44,743 bases of DNA from an uncultured Candidatus Saccharibacteria bacterium (GCA_964649535.1 CAZYTF010000002.1:1-44743); one strand, 5' to 3'. Shown: positions 8,544-19,015, numbered from the stretch's first letter. Notes: generated by a model not told the origin, from the sequence alone. Program-made: numbers and translations.

Positions 8544-9560
8544 GTGTACATGTTAGAAGTCCATAATAAAAAGTCGGTGGTTGTAATTGGGGGTGGAACT
8601 GGTATTTATCCGATACTTCAAGGTTTGAAAAAATACCATCAATCCATTTCCATCACTGCCATCATTTCGATGGCTGATTCTGGAGGTTCAACAGGTCGTC
8701 TTCGTGATGAGTTTGGCCAGCTGCCTGTTGGTGACGTGCGTATGGCGCTCACGGCACTTGCGAGCGAAGTTGATGAACATAGTGAACTTTTACGAGAACT
8801 TTTTCTACATCGCTTTGATAAAGGTGAAGGCCTTAACGGCCACAACTTCGGAAATCTATTGATTGTTGCTTTGACTGAAATTCTCGGTTCTGAGGCTGAG
8901 GCTGTAAAAGTTGCTGCACGTATTTTGCGTGTGCGAGGGCGTGTTTTGCCAGTCACTGCTGATAAGGTACATATTGTGGCTGAGTATGCTGACGGTTCAA
9001 TTATAAAAGGAGAGCACAGTATTGATGAACCGGAAAAAAATAATGTCGAACGTAACATCAGTAATTTTTATACAGAGCCGAAAGGTCACATTAGTGAAGA
9101 CGCAAAGCAGGCTATCTTACACGCGGATCTCATATTGCTTGGACCGGGAGACCTTTACTCGAGTCTTCTTGCGAACTGTGTGATTGAAGGAGTCAGTGAT
9201 GCAATACTGCAGTCAAAAGCACAATTTGTGTACGCATCAAACCTCATGACGCGGCCAGGTCAAACACATGGTCTGTCCGCAGGTGCACATGTTAAGGAGG
9301 TACGAAAATATGTCGGCAAATTACCTGATACAGTGATTATAAATACAGGCACTGTCCCCGAACATCTGTTGAAGCGATACGCAGATATGCATCAGTATCT
9401 TGTCGCTGACGATTGTGATGATATTGAGACTCGAATCATTCGCCAAGATTTACTTGACTCTCACGAGGTAATAAAAAAGAAAGGTGATGTATTGCAACGT
9501 AGTCTTGTTCGTGGAGACGGAGACAAGTATGCAAAAATAATTCTCTCACTGTTAGAATAA
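8544..9560 (+). CDS. yvcK: YvcK/CofD-family protein (UDP-sugar-binding gluconeogenesis factor-like)
   Basis: VVVIGGGTG near the N-terminus, MADSGGSTGRLRDE and ILLGPGDLYSSLL are the YvcK/CofD hallmarks. The listed start is GTG at 8544; an ATG lies at 8550. Confidence 0.8.
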   Translation: MYMLEVHNKKSVVVIGGGTGIYPILQGLKKYHQSISITAIISMADSGGSTGRLRDEFGQLPVGDVRMALTALASEVDEHSELLRELFLHRFDKGEGLNGHNFGNLLIVALTEILGSEAEAVKVAARILRVRGRVLPVTADKVHIVAEYADGSIIKGEHSIDEPEKNNVERNISNFYTEPKGHISEDAKQAILHADLILLGPGDLYSSLLANCVIEGVSDAILQSKAQFVYASNLMTRPGQTHGLSAGAHVKEVRKYVGKLPDTVIINTGTVPEHLLKRYADMHQYLVADDCDDIETRIIRQDLLDSHEVIKKKGDVLQRSLVRGDGDKYAKIILSLLE

Positions 9561-9564
9561 GGCT

Positions 9565-10083
9565 ATGCAATACATACTTGATTTTGACCACACACTTTAC
9601 AATACGGATTTATTTGTAAGTGCAGCAGGTCCCTATAGAGAGAGTGGACTGTGGGTAACTCCTGCAATTTGGGATATTTTAGATTCAAAAGATTTTTTTT
9701 ATGATGATTCAATTCAATTTCTAAAGCGGCAACAGAAAGAGCATGTTCGAATACTCACCGCTATGACTCCATCGCTTGGTCCTGAATCTTGTGAGTTTCA
9801 GAAGGTAAAGGTAGAGCGATCAGGTGTGCAGACATACGTTTCTGATACCATCTATATGGAAGGGGATAAGGGCTCGTTTATAGCAGAGATGTACGATGGT
9901 TCCCCGACAGTTTTTGTAGATGATAGAATTGACCACCTCCTGTCAGCAAAAAAACATTGTCATGAAATATTGGTTGTTCAGATGGTACGTCCTGGACTTG
10001 AAGGAAAAATACCGACTGCAGAGTCAGAAGGAGTGCCTGTAGTGAATTCATTGTCAGCCTTGGAAGCATTATTTCAGAAATAA
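9565..10083 (+). CDS. Small HAD-like hydrolase (putative phosphatase)
   Basis: N-terminal DxDxT motif (ILDFDHTLYN) and a late acidic motif (VFVDDRIDH). Only weak motif support. Confidence 0.5.
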   Translation: MQYILDFDHTLYNTDLFVSAAGPYRESGLWVTPAIWDILDSKDFFYDDSIQFLKRQQKEHVRILTAMTPSLGPESCEFQKVKVERSGVQTYVSDTIYMEGDKGSFIAEMYDGSPTVFVDDRIDHLLSAKKHCHEILVVQMVRPGLEGKIPTAESEGVPVVNSLSALEALFQK

Positions 10084-10088
10084 CCTGC

Positions 10089-11237
10089 ATGGATGAAAAA
10101 CAACATATAATAAAAATACTCGTAGCTACAGGATTGTATCCTCCTGAGATTGGTGGACCGGCAACGTACGCGCGAATGCTTGAAGAAAAGTTGCCAGCTC
10201 ATCAGGTTGAGGTCGCTGTGCTTCCTTTTGGTTCTGTGCGACATTTACCAAAAGTGTTGCGACACATTGCCTTTGCATATAAAGTGTTTATGCAGTCAAA
10301 AGATGTAGATATTATTTTTGCACTCGATCCCATTAGTGTCGGTTTGCCTTCGTGGCTAGTGTGTGTACTCCGCCGAAAGGTATTTATGGTTCGACTTGGG
10401 GGCGACTATGCATGGGAGCAGGGACAGCAGCGCTTTGGTTTGACAGAAGATTTGGATACATACACGGGTAACCAAAAAAAAGCTCCGATGCCAGTAAAAA
10501 TACTTGCTGCACTACAGGGATTTGTAGTCAGGAGAGCTAAAAAAATCATTGTACCAAGCGAATACCTTAAGCGCATAGTTACTACTTGGGGAGTGAGAGA
10601 ATCACAGCTTGAGGTAATCTACAGTGCATTATTTTCGCTTGAAGTCTCTGACACTAAGGATGCACTCAGAGAGCAGTTGGGATACAGTGGGGTTGTCATT
10701 ACGAGCGTTGGGAGGCTTGTGCCTTGGAAAGGTTTTGAAGTACTGATCGACACGATAAAGATGTTGCGAAAAAAAGGAAGGGAAGTGACACTTGTTATTG
10801 CTGGAGACGGTCCACTTAATGAAAGACTCCATCAGAAAATTGAGAAATCAGGCCTGCAGGAATATGTCCGGCTGGTGGGAAGATTGAGTAAAGATGCTCT
10901 TGGAGCTACCATTAAGGCTTCGGATGTGTTTGTCCTCAACACTGCGTACGAAGGGCTCTCACACCAACTTTTAGAGGTTATGGATCTGGGTGTCCCCGTT
11001 GTGACAACTGATGTGGGAGGTAACCCTGAGATTATTAAGGATGGGGTCACAGGCCTCATGGTTCCATATAACAACATGCCAGAACTTGCGATGGCTGTTG
11101 AGAGATTTATAGATAACCCCGAATTCAAAAACCGACTTACCCAAAACGCACGTGCACGCACAAAAGACTTTTCCCAAGAAATAGTCACTGGGGAACTCGT
11201 AACTGTTGTAAGTGAGTTAGTGTTTAAAAAAAAATAA
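10089..11237 (+). CDS. Glycosyltransferase, GT4
   Basis: ILVATGLYPPEIGGPATY N-terminus. VGRLVPWKGF...IAGDGPL...YEGLSHQLLEVMDLGVPVVTTDVGGNPE. Confidence 0.85.
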   Translation: MDEKQHIIKILVATGLYPPEIGGPATYARMLEEKLPAHQVEVAVLPFGSVRHLPKVLRHIAFAYKVFMQSKDVDIIFALDPISVGLPSWLVCVLRRKVFMVRLGGDYAWEQGQQRFGLTEDLDTYTGNQKKAPMPVKILAALQGFVVRRAKKIIVPSEYLKRIVTTWGVRESQLEVIYSALFSLEVSDTKDALREQLGYSGVVITSVGRLVPWKGFEVLIDTIKMLRKKGREVTLVIAGDGPLNERLHQKIEKSGLQEYVRLVGRLSKDALGATIKASDVFVLNTAYEGLSHQLLEVMDLGVPVVTTDVGGNPEIIKDGVTGLMVPYNNMPELAMAVERFIDNPEFKNRLTQNARARTKDFSQEIVTGELVTVVSELVFKKK

Positions 11238-11239
11238 AC

Positions 11240-12205
11240 ATGGAAAATATTTCAATCAAAACTATATTGGTAACTGGTGGAGCGGGCTATATTGGTTCGG
11301 CTATTGTTGAGCAGCTTGTAAATGCAGGGCATTCAGTTGTTGTGTTTGATGATTTGTCCACAGGTCGTATAGAGTCACTTCCCGCCTCTGTTAAGTGTAT
11401 AGAGGGAAATATAACAAAAATTGCAGAACTAAAGCGCGCATTTTCATCTGTTGCATTTGACGTTGTAATCCATTGCGCTGCAAAGAAGGTGATGAATGAG
11501 GGCGAGGAAAAACCAACAATGTATTACAATGATAATGTTTTTGGGACACTCAATGTTTTGGAGTGTATGAGTGAGTACGGGGTTCCTCACATCATATTTT
11601 CTTCCACTGCGGCTGTGTACTCTCCGACTAGTGATGGTCATCCGGTTGTTGAAACTGATGTTGTAGAGCCCGAAAGTGTCTATGGTCGGTCAAAACTTAT
11701 TGCTGAAATGCTCGTTAAAGATTTTGCACGCTTAAAAAAAATAAGTACATACACAATACTCAGATATTTTAATGTCGCAGGAGATGTGGGACTCTCCCAT
11801 AAAGAGCCTAATCCTCACGGGGTCTTTCCTTTGATAGCGAGAGCGTTTGAAAAACAGGAGCCATTCTATGTATACGGGGATGACTACGAAACAAAAGATG
11901 GTAGTGGTGTTAGAGATTATATCCATTTGTATGATTTGGCACATGCACATGTTTTGGCGCTCTCCTCAGGAGAGAGTCTCACTTTAAACATTGGCACAAG
12001 TAATGGCTACACAGTGTACGAGGTCCTCCATGCATTTTCAGAAGTGACGGGGAAGACTTTAGGTGCTCAAATAAAACATCGAAGGCCAGGTGATGTTGCA
12101 GTCATGCTTGCAGATGCCTCCCTGGCACAAGAAAAGATATCTTGGTCACCTAAAAAAACACTTAGAAATATGGTTCAAAGCACAGTCAGTGTCTATAGTT
12201 CATAG
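11240..12205 (+). CDS. galE: UDP-glucose 4-epimerase family (GalE-like) SDR
   Basis: VTGGAGYIGSAIV, SSTAAVY and YGRSK (YxxxK), plus the GalE-like C-terminal DGSGVRDYIHLYDLAHAH. Confidence 0.8.
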   Translation: MENISIKTILVTGGAGYIGSAIVEQLVNAGHSVVVFDDLSTGRIESLPASVKCIEGNITKIAELKRAFSSVAFDVVIHCAAKKVMNEGEEKPTMYYNDNVFGTLNVLECMSEYGVPHIIFSSTAAVYSPTSDGHPVVETDVVEPESVYGRSKLIAEMLVKDFARLKKISTYTILRYFNVAGDVGLSHKEPNPHGVFPLIARAFEKQEPFYVYGDDYETKDGSGVRDYIHLYDLAHAHVLALSSGESLTLNIGTSNGYTVYEVLHAFSEVTGKTLGAQIKHRRPGDVAVMLADASLAQEKISWSPKKTLRNMVQSTVSVYSS

Positions 12206-12235
12206 TGTAAAATATACTCTTAATCTTAAAAAGCC

Positions 12236-13378
12236 ATGAAAATCGTAAGCATAAGTCTCGACCCTAAGGTACTTGATTCAAATAGTGTTGTCTCTTCGAG
12301 GAATAGGCTTTATGGACAAATTGTTGATGAGTATAGTGTTATTGTTCACGATGCAAAAGATTCAGTCTTGGAACTGAATGAGGATGTAACCGTGTATGGG
12401 GTGGGAGGTATGTTTAAAATTACGCGACTCATTCGTGTCTGCTTACTGTTGCGCAGATTAGTTAAGGAAGATAAATGTGACGTTATCAGTTCTTCAGATC
12501 CATATTTTTTTGGCTTTGTGGCTTTTTGTGTTGCGAAAATGAACCATGTAGGATTTGAAGCACATATTTTGGGTATTGAAAAACTAAATTTTTTCAGAAA
12601 AACTCTTGGACGCTTTTTTATAAAACATGCAGGAGCAATTCGAGTAAATAGTACACGCTTGCGAGATAGGGTTTCGAAGGAGTTTAACGTGCCCGTTGAA
12701 AGGATAACGTTCGTACCAATTTATGTCCCCACTGATGAGCTTGGATTTCAGAAAGCACATGCCGGAAGTACAAATCGTGAAAAACAAGATTTGTCTGACA
12801 AAAATTTCTTAGATGAATATGGAGCCTACTTCAATTTCTTGTTTGTGGGTAGACTGGTTGGAGTTAAAAATATTCCGATGCAGCTAAAGGCAATGAGAAA
12901 AATTAAAGGCTTGTATCCTGATGTTCGTTTGCATATTGTGGGAGACGGGCCAGATAGAGAGGTTTTGCAGCAGCAAGTTTCTAGACTCGGGGTTGCTTCA
13001 CAAGTCGTATTTCATGGCCGAAAAGAAGGTATTGCTCTAGGGACATACTATCGTTTATGTGATAGTTTAATTCTAACTTCCTTTGCTGAAGGTTGGCCTA
13101 TGGTTATTTTTGAATCGATGATAGCTGGTCTGCCTATAATCATGACTGATGTAGGTTGTGCAGGAGAGATGATTAAGGATGATGTGAACGGCCTCATCAT
13201 CCCTTCGGATGACTATGAGGTGCTCGCACAGGCCATGGAACGTTTTATGAGCGAAGAAGGTTTAATGAAACGTCTCGTTGGGCATGCAACACGTGATATT
13301 CAAAATTATTGGACCCGAGATCAGATTTTAGCTGGTTACAAACAGTCCTGGCGCAAAGCATTAGACAATAAATTTTAA
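12236..13378 (+). CDS. Glycosyltransferase, GT4
   Basis: FVGRLVGVKN...IVGDGPDREVL...FAEGWPMVIFESMIAGLPIIMTDVGCAGE. Confidence 0.85.
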   Translation: MKIVSISLDPKVLDSNSVVSSRNRLYGQIVDEYSVIVHDAKDSVLELNEDVTVYGVGGMFKITRLIRVCLLLRRLVKEDKCDVISSSDPYFFGFVAFCVAKMNHVGFEAHILGIEKLNFFRKTLGRFFIKHAGAIRVNSTRLRDRVSKEFNVPVERITFVPIYVPTDELGFQKAHAGSTNREKQDLSDKNFLDEYGAYFNFLFVGRLVGVKNIPMQLKAMRKIKGLYPDVRLHIVGDGPDREVLQQQVSRLGVASQVVFHGRKEGIALGTYYRLCDSLILTSFAEGWPMVIFESMIAGLPIIMTDVGCAGEMIKDDVNGLIIPSDDYEVLAQAMERFMSEEGLMKRLVGHATRDIQNYWTRDQILAGYKQSWRKALDNKF

Positions 13379-13385
13379 AGGATAT

Positions 13386-14312
13386 ATGAAAATTTTAATT
13401 ACTGGGGGTTCGGGTTTTCAAGGGAGTCATCTTACAGAATCACTTCTAGGAAAAGGTCATCAAGTTACTATATTAAATACTGTTTCAGCTCAGAACAATT
13501 CTAATATTGCAGGGTTCCGGGATAAAATTCAACTTGTTTCTGGTTCCGTGACAGACAAGACTCTTGTTGATAAGACTGTTCGAGAACATGATGTTGTGTT
13601 TCACCTTGCAGCAAATATAAATGTCGATCAGTCTTTGAAGGATCCTCACAGCTTTATTGAATGTAATATCATCGGAACTCATAATATAATTGAAGCAGTC
13701 CGGCAAAATGGCTCACGCATGATTTATGCTTCAACGTGTGAAGTATATGGTGACGGTCATAACCTTAAGGAAAATGAGCTGCTTACTGAAACGTCTGAGT
13801 TAAGTCCAAATAGTCCATATGCTGCCTCAAAAGCTGCGGCTGACCGGTGGTGTGTGGCGTATCACAAATCATTTGATACTGATGTTACTATCGTGAGACC
13901 ATTTAACATTTTTGGCGAAAGACAAAAAGGAGGCACTTTTGGTGCACTTATAGCGATTATGGTTCGGCGTGCATTAAGTGGTGTAAAGTTGACTGTGTAT
14001 GGAGATGGTGAAGCAACCCGGGATTTTATGCATGTTAGCGATCTAGTTCGTGCATATAATTTGGTACTTGATCACCCAGAACTTTCTGGACACGCAATCA
14101 ATTTCGCAAGTGGTGTAAATACTTCAGTAAAAGACATTGCCGAGTATATCGCTAAGAAACTTGGTGGTGAGATTGAATACGGACCTGCCCGACCTGGTGA
14201 AGTATCTCGTTTTCCCGCAGATATTTCATTTGCAAAAAGTATTGGCTTTGAACCTCAAGTTGGCATATGGGAAGGGATAGATCGCTATATCGAGTGGGCA
14301 AAGAAACAGTAG
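13386..14312 (+). CDS. NAD-dependent sugar-nucleotide epimerase/dehydratase (extended SDR)
   Basis: ITGGSGFQGSHL, ASTCEVYG and SPYAASK (YxxxK). Confidence 0.8.
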   Translation: MKILITGGSGFQGSHLTESLLGKGHQVTILNTVSAQNNSNIAGFRDKIQLVSGSVTDKTLVDKTVREHDVVFHLAANINVDQSLKDPHSFIECNIIGTHNIIEAVRQNGSRMIYASTCEVYGDGHNLKENELLTETSELSPNSPYAASKAAADRWCVAYHKSFDTDVTIVRPFNIFGERQKGGTFGALIAIMVRRALSGVKLTVYGDGEATRDFMHVSDLVRAYNLVLDHPELSGHAINFASGVNTSVKDIAEYIAKKLGGEIEYGPARPGEVSRFPADISFAKSIGFEPQVGIWEGIDRYIEWAKKQ

Positions 14313-14356
14313 ATGTATAAAGGGTCACAATCAAAAGATTGTGACCCTTTATACAT
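14313..14356 (+). terminator. Perfect 20-bp stem / 4-nt loop hairpin directly after the stop codon (terminator-like, no U-tract)
   Basis: atgtataaagggtcacaatc-aaaa-gattgtgaccctttatacat, starting the nucleotide after TAG 14310-14312. It marks the first real gap in the 8544-14312 gene string. Confidence 0.55.
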
Positions 14357-14401
14357 AGCCAAATATGTTTAGATGTAAGATGCGTTATAATACTTTCGTA
14401 T

Positions 14402-15757
14402 ATGAGTGGTTCTTCTTCAAAAAGAGAAAGCTGGGTTGATGTCTCTGAGCGTGCTAAGCAAGTGCTTGATTTTGTTATCGACGATGCATCGGATGAAACT
14501 ATTGCGCATAAAGCATCGCAGGTGCCAGTAAGTCAATCGTTACACGATGAGCACGTGGTCAACTTCGATTCAGGTCGGGTTAAGTCACGAATACTTTTTA
14601 TAACAAGTGATCAATCCTTACTAGAATCTGATTCGTGGCTCATGCTTCACGTGCAAGAATTGCAAACTTTATTTGCGGAGATTCACGTTATGGTCCTCAC
14701 AAAACTTGCTCGAAAGGATCTTAAACCCAAAAGAATCAGTAAGAATGTTTGGGCATATAATGTTCCCATTTCCCACGAGTGGCGTTTTTCTCAAGAGGTG
14801 CAGAAGTTTGCTCGTGAACAACTTCAGTTTACCGACGGCTTTCGACCTGATGTCATTGTTTCCCTCGACCCCTTTGAAGCAGGTTTGGCGGGGATGACTC
14901 TCGCTGAAGAGTATGGGCGACCGTATCAGGTGCACATACTTGAAGATTTTTTACGCCCTGGTTTTATCGACGAAGATGCCCATAACAAAAAAAGGCTCAA
15001 ATTAGCAAAGTATGTTTTGCGACGGACCGAAAGCGTACGTCTTAAAACAGAAGCAATTAAGCATAAGGTGATAGAAAAATTTCCTAAAATAGAGGATGTC
15101 GGATTGCTTCCGCGTCACTTTGATATGCAGACAATTCTAAATGCTCCAAAGTCTAATCTTGTAAAACAAAAATATCCTCAATATAAGTTTGTGATGCTTG
15201 CTGCGGGGGATTTAGATAAAGCGAGTACTTTTTTTCGCACAATGGATGCTTCACGGATACTCTTAATGTCACCTAGAATTGGTCTTGTAATTGTGGGTGA
15301 CGGACCAAGCAAGGTTGAATTTCAAAAACGTGCAGAAATTCTAGGCATCAAGGAGCAGATAGTTTTTGAAACTGATTTCAAGAATCTGGTTGGTTACCTT
15401 AAATCAGCTGATGTGTTTATATGTACAGATATAACGAAGCGAAGTGACGAATTAGTTATAAAGGCTGCGGTTGCTGGATTGCCTTTGGTAGTCGCTAAAA
15501 CTGAATTACGTGAAGATCTATTTGTTGATGGAGAATCTGCATACCTCTGTGATCCAGAAGATACACAAGCCTTTACACAAAAGTTGAAGTCATTATTAAA
15601 TACGAATGCATTTAGAATGCAGTTTGGAAGGAATGCTCAAGAAATTGTCAAAACACGTCTTCATGAAGATCCTGCGCTCTACAAGACAGCATATCGAGAT
15701 AGTATTGAAGTTGTTTTTGGCCAGCCATCAGCAGAAAGTCAAAGTTCGGATACATAA
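14402..15757 (+). CDS. Glycosyltransferase (GT-B, GT4-like) with an N-terminal extension of about 60 aa
   Basis: C-terminal half has VIVGDGPSKVEFQKRAEILGIKEQIVFE...SDELVIKAAVAGLPLVVAKT, a GT4-type layout but more divergent. Confidence 0.65.
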   Translation: MSGSSSKRESWVDVSERAKQVLDFVIDDASDETIAHKASQVPVSQSLHDEHVVNFDSGRVKSRILFITSDQSLLESDSWLMLHVQELQTLFAEIHVMVLTKLARKDLKPKRISKNVWAYNVPISHEWRFSQEVQKFAREQLQFTDGFRPDVIVSLDPFEAGLAGMTLAEEYGRPYQVHILEDFLRPGFIDEDAHNKKRLKLAKYVLRRTESVRLKTEAIKHKVIEKFPKIEDVGLLPRHFDMQTILNAPKSNLVKQKYPQYKFVMLAAGDLDKASTFFRTMDASRILLMSPRIGLVIVGDGPSKVEFQKRAEILGIKEQIVFETDFKNLVGYLKSADVFICTDITKRSDELVIKAAVAGLPLVVAKTELREDLFVDGESAYLCDPEDTQAFTQKLKSLLNTNAFRMQFGRNAQEIVKTRLHEDPALYKTAYRDSIEVVFGQPSAESQSSDT

Positions 15758-15790
15758 CCATTCCTGCCTGTTTTGTGTTATAAATTGGGA

Positions 15791-16816
15791 ATGAAATTAC
15801 TTATCTGTACCCAAGTAGTCGATAAAAATCACCCCATACTTGGTTTTTTTCATGGGTGGATAACAGAGTTTTCAAAAAATTTTGAAGAAGTACATGTTAT
15901 CTGCCTTTTTGAGGGCGCACATTCACTGCCTGAAAATGTACATGTACATTCGCTCGGAAAAGAAGACGGCGAAAATCGCATCAAATATATTTGGAGATTT
16001 TATAAGTATTTTTGGCAACTTCGCCAGGAATATGATGTGGTGTTTGTTCATATGAATCAAGTCTATGTGATCATGGGTGGTATTTTTTGGAGAATTTGGC
16101 ATAAAAAAATTGGTCTTTGGTATATGCATCGGTCAGTAGCTGGTGGGTTATGGCTAGCAGAGAAGCTGACAAATAAGATTTTTACTGCATCAAAAGAAAG
16201 CTTCAGGCTTCCGAGTAATAAAGTGATAATCACTGGACACGGTGTTGATACTCAAAACTTTGTAATGAATCATAATTTAGTTAAAGATGTTGACCTCATA
16301 AGTATTAGTCGGCTATCTCCATCAAAAAATATTGAGATGGCAATTGAGTCACTTCGATTGATTCGTAAAAAAATATCTCTCACTCTAACTATAATAGGAG
16401 GAGTAAATAGTGATGCAGAGGAGCAATACAAGCTGAAATTAGAAAGATTGATAGACGAAGCTGACTTGTCTGACGCTGTGGTTTTTGTTGGACCAGTTGA
16501 GCATAATAAGCTCCCGGCTTGGCTTGGTAGGGCAAAAGTTTTTATGCATACCGCAATGAATGGAAGTCTCGACAAAGCGCTCCTTGAGCCCCTTCTGGTT
16601 GGAATTCCTGTTGTAAGTAGTGCTGAAGCTGCTGTCGCTCTACCATTAGAGGAGTGGCATGTAGGGTCAGCTGAAGAAATGGCTGAAGCTGTTATTGATA
16701 TATTTCAAAATGACAATAGTCTCAAAGTTAAAGAACTTCAAGCTTTTGTGCTTGAAAAACATAGTTTAAAATCACTCATACCTAATATTTCAAATGAGTT
16801 AAAGACCATCCCTTAG
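15791..16816 (+). CDS. Glycosyltransferase (GT-B, GT4-like)
   Basis: MKLLICTQVVDKNHPILGFFHGW N-terminus. ISISRLSPSKN...IIGG...GSLDKALLEPLLVGIPVVSS. The listed start at 15773 is TTG; I prefer the ATG at 15791. Confidence 0.65.
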   Translation: MKLLICTQVVDKNHPILGFFHGWITEFSKNFEEVHVICLFEGAHSLPENVHVHSLGKEDGENRIKYIWRFYKYFWQLRQEYDVVFVHMNQVYVIMGGIFWRIWHKKIGLWYMHRSVAGGLWLAEKLTNKIFTASKESFRLPSNKVIITGHGVDTQNFVMNHNLVKDVDLISISRLSPSKNIEMAIESLRLIRKKISLTLTIIGGVNSDAEEQYKLKLERLIDEADLSDAVVFVGPVEHNKLPAWLGRAKVFMHTAMNGSLDKALLEPLLVGIPVVSSAEAAVALPLEEWHVGSAEEMAEAVIDIFQNDNSLKVKELQAFVLEKHSLKSLIPNISNELKTIP

Positions 16817-16965
16817 ATCTTGGTATAGACATCCAGAAAGTATTGTTTATTTTAAATAGTGATCTATTTGGAGTGTCACAGTCCTCGAGTCATCAGATTA
16901 AAACGTAAAGTAATCTATTTTGAATTAAAGTAGCTTTATTTTGTTGATAACATACAATAAATGAT

Positions 16966-18084
16966 ATGCCAATTAAAACGCTCGCATATATTGCAAATGT
17001 ACGTTTTCCAAGCACAAGAGCGCATGCTACACAGATAGCTCACATGTGTGAGGCTTTTTCTAAGTCAGGAATATCAGTAAATCTTTTTGTTAGTAATCGC
17101 GAATATAAGGAGGGCACTCTTGTTAGGGACTTCTTTGATTTTGAACCTAGCTTTGCAATTTCGAGAGTTCCTTTTAGATTCATTTTTTTCTCCTCACCAA
17201 TATTTTTTCTCCTCAATAATATTTACTTCTGTTTTTGGTTGTTATTGAATGTTGATTTTAAAAAGTTTGATGTAATATACACTCGCGATGAGTGGCTGTG
17301 CTACTTTCTATCATTCTTTATTCCAATTGAAAAACTAGTCTATGAATCTCATGAGGCTAAGTACAATTTGCCAGCTCGACGAATACTTAGAACTGGTGTG
17401 AAATGTGTTGTAGTTTCACAAGGAATATTTGGGAGATATCAAGAGTTGGGAGTTCCCGTCGCACAAATGATGGTTGCAGATGATGCGATCGATGATTCAT
17501 TCTTTGTTGATATTGTCTCTAAAGAAGATGCACGTAAGCAACTTTCTTTACCGTCAGACGCAAAAGTAGTTATGTATATTGGGGGTTTCGACGTTTGGAA
17601 AGGTGTCGATATTTTCTTCGAAGCAAGTAAAAAAAATAAAGATGTCATGTTTGTTGCTATCGGCGGTAAAGAGTCAGAACTTAAAGAGTATAAGAGTAAA
17701 TATCCAAAGGTTAATTTTTTAGGACCGCGTCCATACAAAGACCTAAAGAATCACCAACAAGCAGCAGATGTGTTGGTTATCCCAAATACTGCAAAAACCG
17801 ATCTGTCTTCAAAGTACACTTCGCCTCTCAAACTTTTTGCCCACATGGCCTCAGGAGTTCCGCTTATTTTGAGTCGCATTCCAAGTCTCACCAACATAGT
17901 GGAAGATGGTGAAGCATATTTTTTCAAGCCAGATGACGTCGTTTCATTAAGTGAGGTTATTAGCGCAGTCACTTTTTCAGCTGAGCTCAAAACAGGTGCT
18001 AAATGTTTGAAGGCAAGGTCTAAAATGCTTACATGGGGTGAGCGCTCAAAGAAAATCATTAGTTTTATTAGAGGTGGAAAATAG
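16966..18084 (+). CDS. Glycosyltransferase (GT-B, GT1/GT4-like)
   Basis: IANVRFPSTRAHATQI N-terminus. YIGGFDVWKGV...AIGG...YTSPLKLFAHMASGVPLILSRIPS. Confidence 0.7.
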   Translation: MPIKTLAYIANVRFPSTRAHATQIAHMCEAFSKSGISVNLFVSNREYKEGTLVRDFFDFEPSFAISRVPFRFIFFSSPIFFLLNNIYFCFWLLLNVDFKKFDVIYTRDEWLCYFLSFFIPIEKLVYESHEAKYNLPARRILRTGVKCVVVSQGIFGRYQELGVPVAQMMVADDAIDDSFFVDIVSKEDARKQLSLPSDAKVVMYIGGFDVWKGVDIFFEASKKNKDVMFVAIGGKESELKEYKSKYPKVNFLGPRPYKDLKNHQQAADVLVIPNTAKTDLSSKYTSPLKLFAHMASGVPLILSRIPSLTNIVEDGEAYFFKPDDVVSLSEVISAVTFSAELKTGAKCLKARSKMLTWGERSKKIISFIRGGK

Positions 18085-18121
18085 GCTATGCTATTATTGT
18101 TTCAACAGATAAGCTTTTTAT

Positions 18122-19009
18122 ATGGACAAAAATAAGGAAATACAGAGCTGGTGGAATGAAAACCCATTCACATATAATGGTTCTTATGGAGTTGGAAAAG
18201 TGGTAGAGATAAAGGATATGGACATAGCCTTTTTTGATTTGATGGAAAGAAAGTATAAAAAACATTCTAATGGTTCAACACAAAATGCAGAAGAGCCTGT
18301 ATTTTCAAAGTTTGTTCCGTATGAATCGCTGCGAGGGAAAAGGGTCCTCGATATAGCAACAGGAACTGGCTTCTCGACAGTGGCATTTGCTAAGGCTGGA
18401 GCAGAAGTGACAGGTATAGATTTAACTAACTTCGCAGTTCAATCAACTAAGAAAAATTTCGAGGTGCGTAATTTGCAGGCAACTATTCTTCAAATGGATG
18501 CGCAGGCACTTGAATTCCCGGATAATTCCTTTGATTACGTGTGCGCTCATGGATGCTTAATGCATATGCCAGACACTGAAAAAGCAATTAGTGAAATTTT
18601 TAGAGTTTTAAAACCAGGCGGAGAGGTTTATGCCTGGATGTATCACAGAGGGTGGCGTTACTGGTTTGGGATAATGTTCATACGAGGCTTTCTTCTTGGA
18701 GGATTCTTCAGATACGGTTTTAGCTCACTTGCAATGACAAGTCGTTATTCTGATGGTGCACATGAGGGGGGGAATCCACATACAAAGTTTTATTCACGAG
18801 GAGGGTTTAAAAATTTATTTGCCAAAGGAAAACTTGTCGACGTGGAAGTCTACGCAAATTATAATCCTTCAGAATGGCAGGCTTGGCCTTTGCAGTCTAT
18901 AAATCTAGGTCGTTTCATACCAAAAGGTGTTCAGCGCTTTTTAAGTGAAAAGGCGGGTTTTGCATACGCGTGTTCAATTGTTGCTAAAAAACCAACTCTA
19001 GCAAAATAG
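18122..19009 (+). CDS. Class I SAM-dependent methyltransferase
   Basis: Motif I VLDIATGTGFSTVAFAKAGAEVTGIDL and post-I/II FDYVCAHGCLMHMPDTEKAISEIFRVLKPGG. Confidence 0.8.
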   Translation: MDKNKEIQSWWNENPFTYNGSYGVGKVVEIKDMDIAFFDLMERKYKKHSNGSTQNAEEPVFSKFVPYESLRGKRVLDIATGTGFSTVAFAKAGAEVTGIDLTNFAVQSTKKNFEVRNLQATILQMDAQALEFPDNSFDYVCAHGCLMHMPDTEKAISEIFRVLKPGGEVYAWMYHRGWRYWFGIMFIRGFLLGGFFRYGFSSLAMTSRYSDGAHEGGNPHTKFYSRGGFKNLFAKGKLVDVEVYANYNPSEWQAWPLQSINLGRFIPKGVQRFLSEKAGFAYACSIVAKKPTLAK

Positions 19010-19015
19010 TCTTAT

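Noticed and set aside
9693-9700. Numerous A/T homopolymers of 7-9 nt within coding regions. Examples are T8 at 9693-9700, A8 at 10474-10481, A9 at 11226-11234, A8 at 17629-17636, A8 at 19690-19697, A8 at 20613-20620, A8 at 21390-21397, A8 at 22392-22399, A8 at 23294-23301 and T8 at 23567-23574.
   Set aside because: Apart from the one that coincides with the methyltransferase frameshift, all are in frame. They are expected from Lys/Phe codon usage in AT-rich DNA, so I do not flag them individually as switches.
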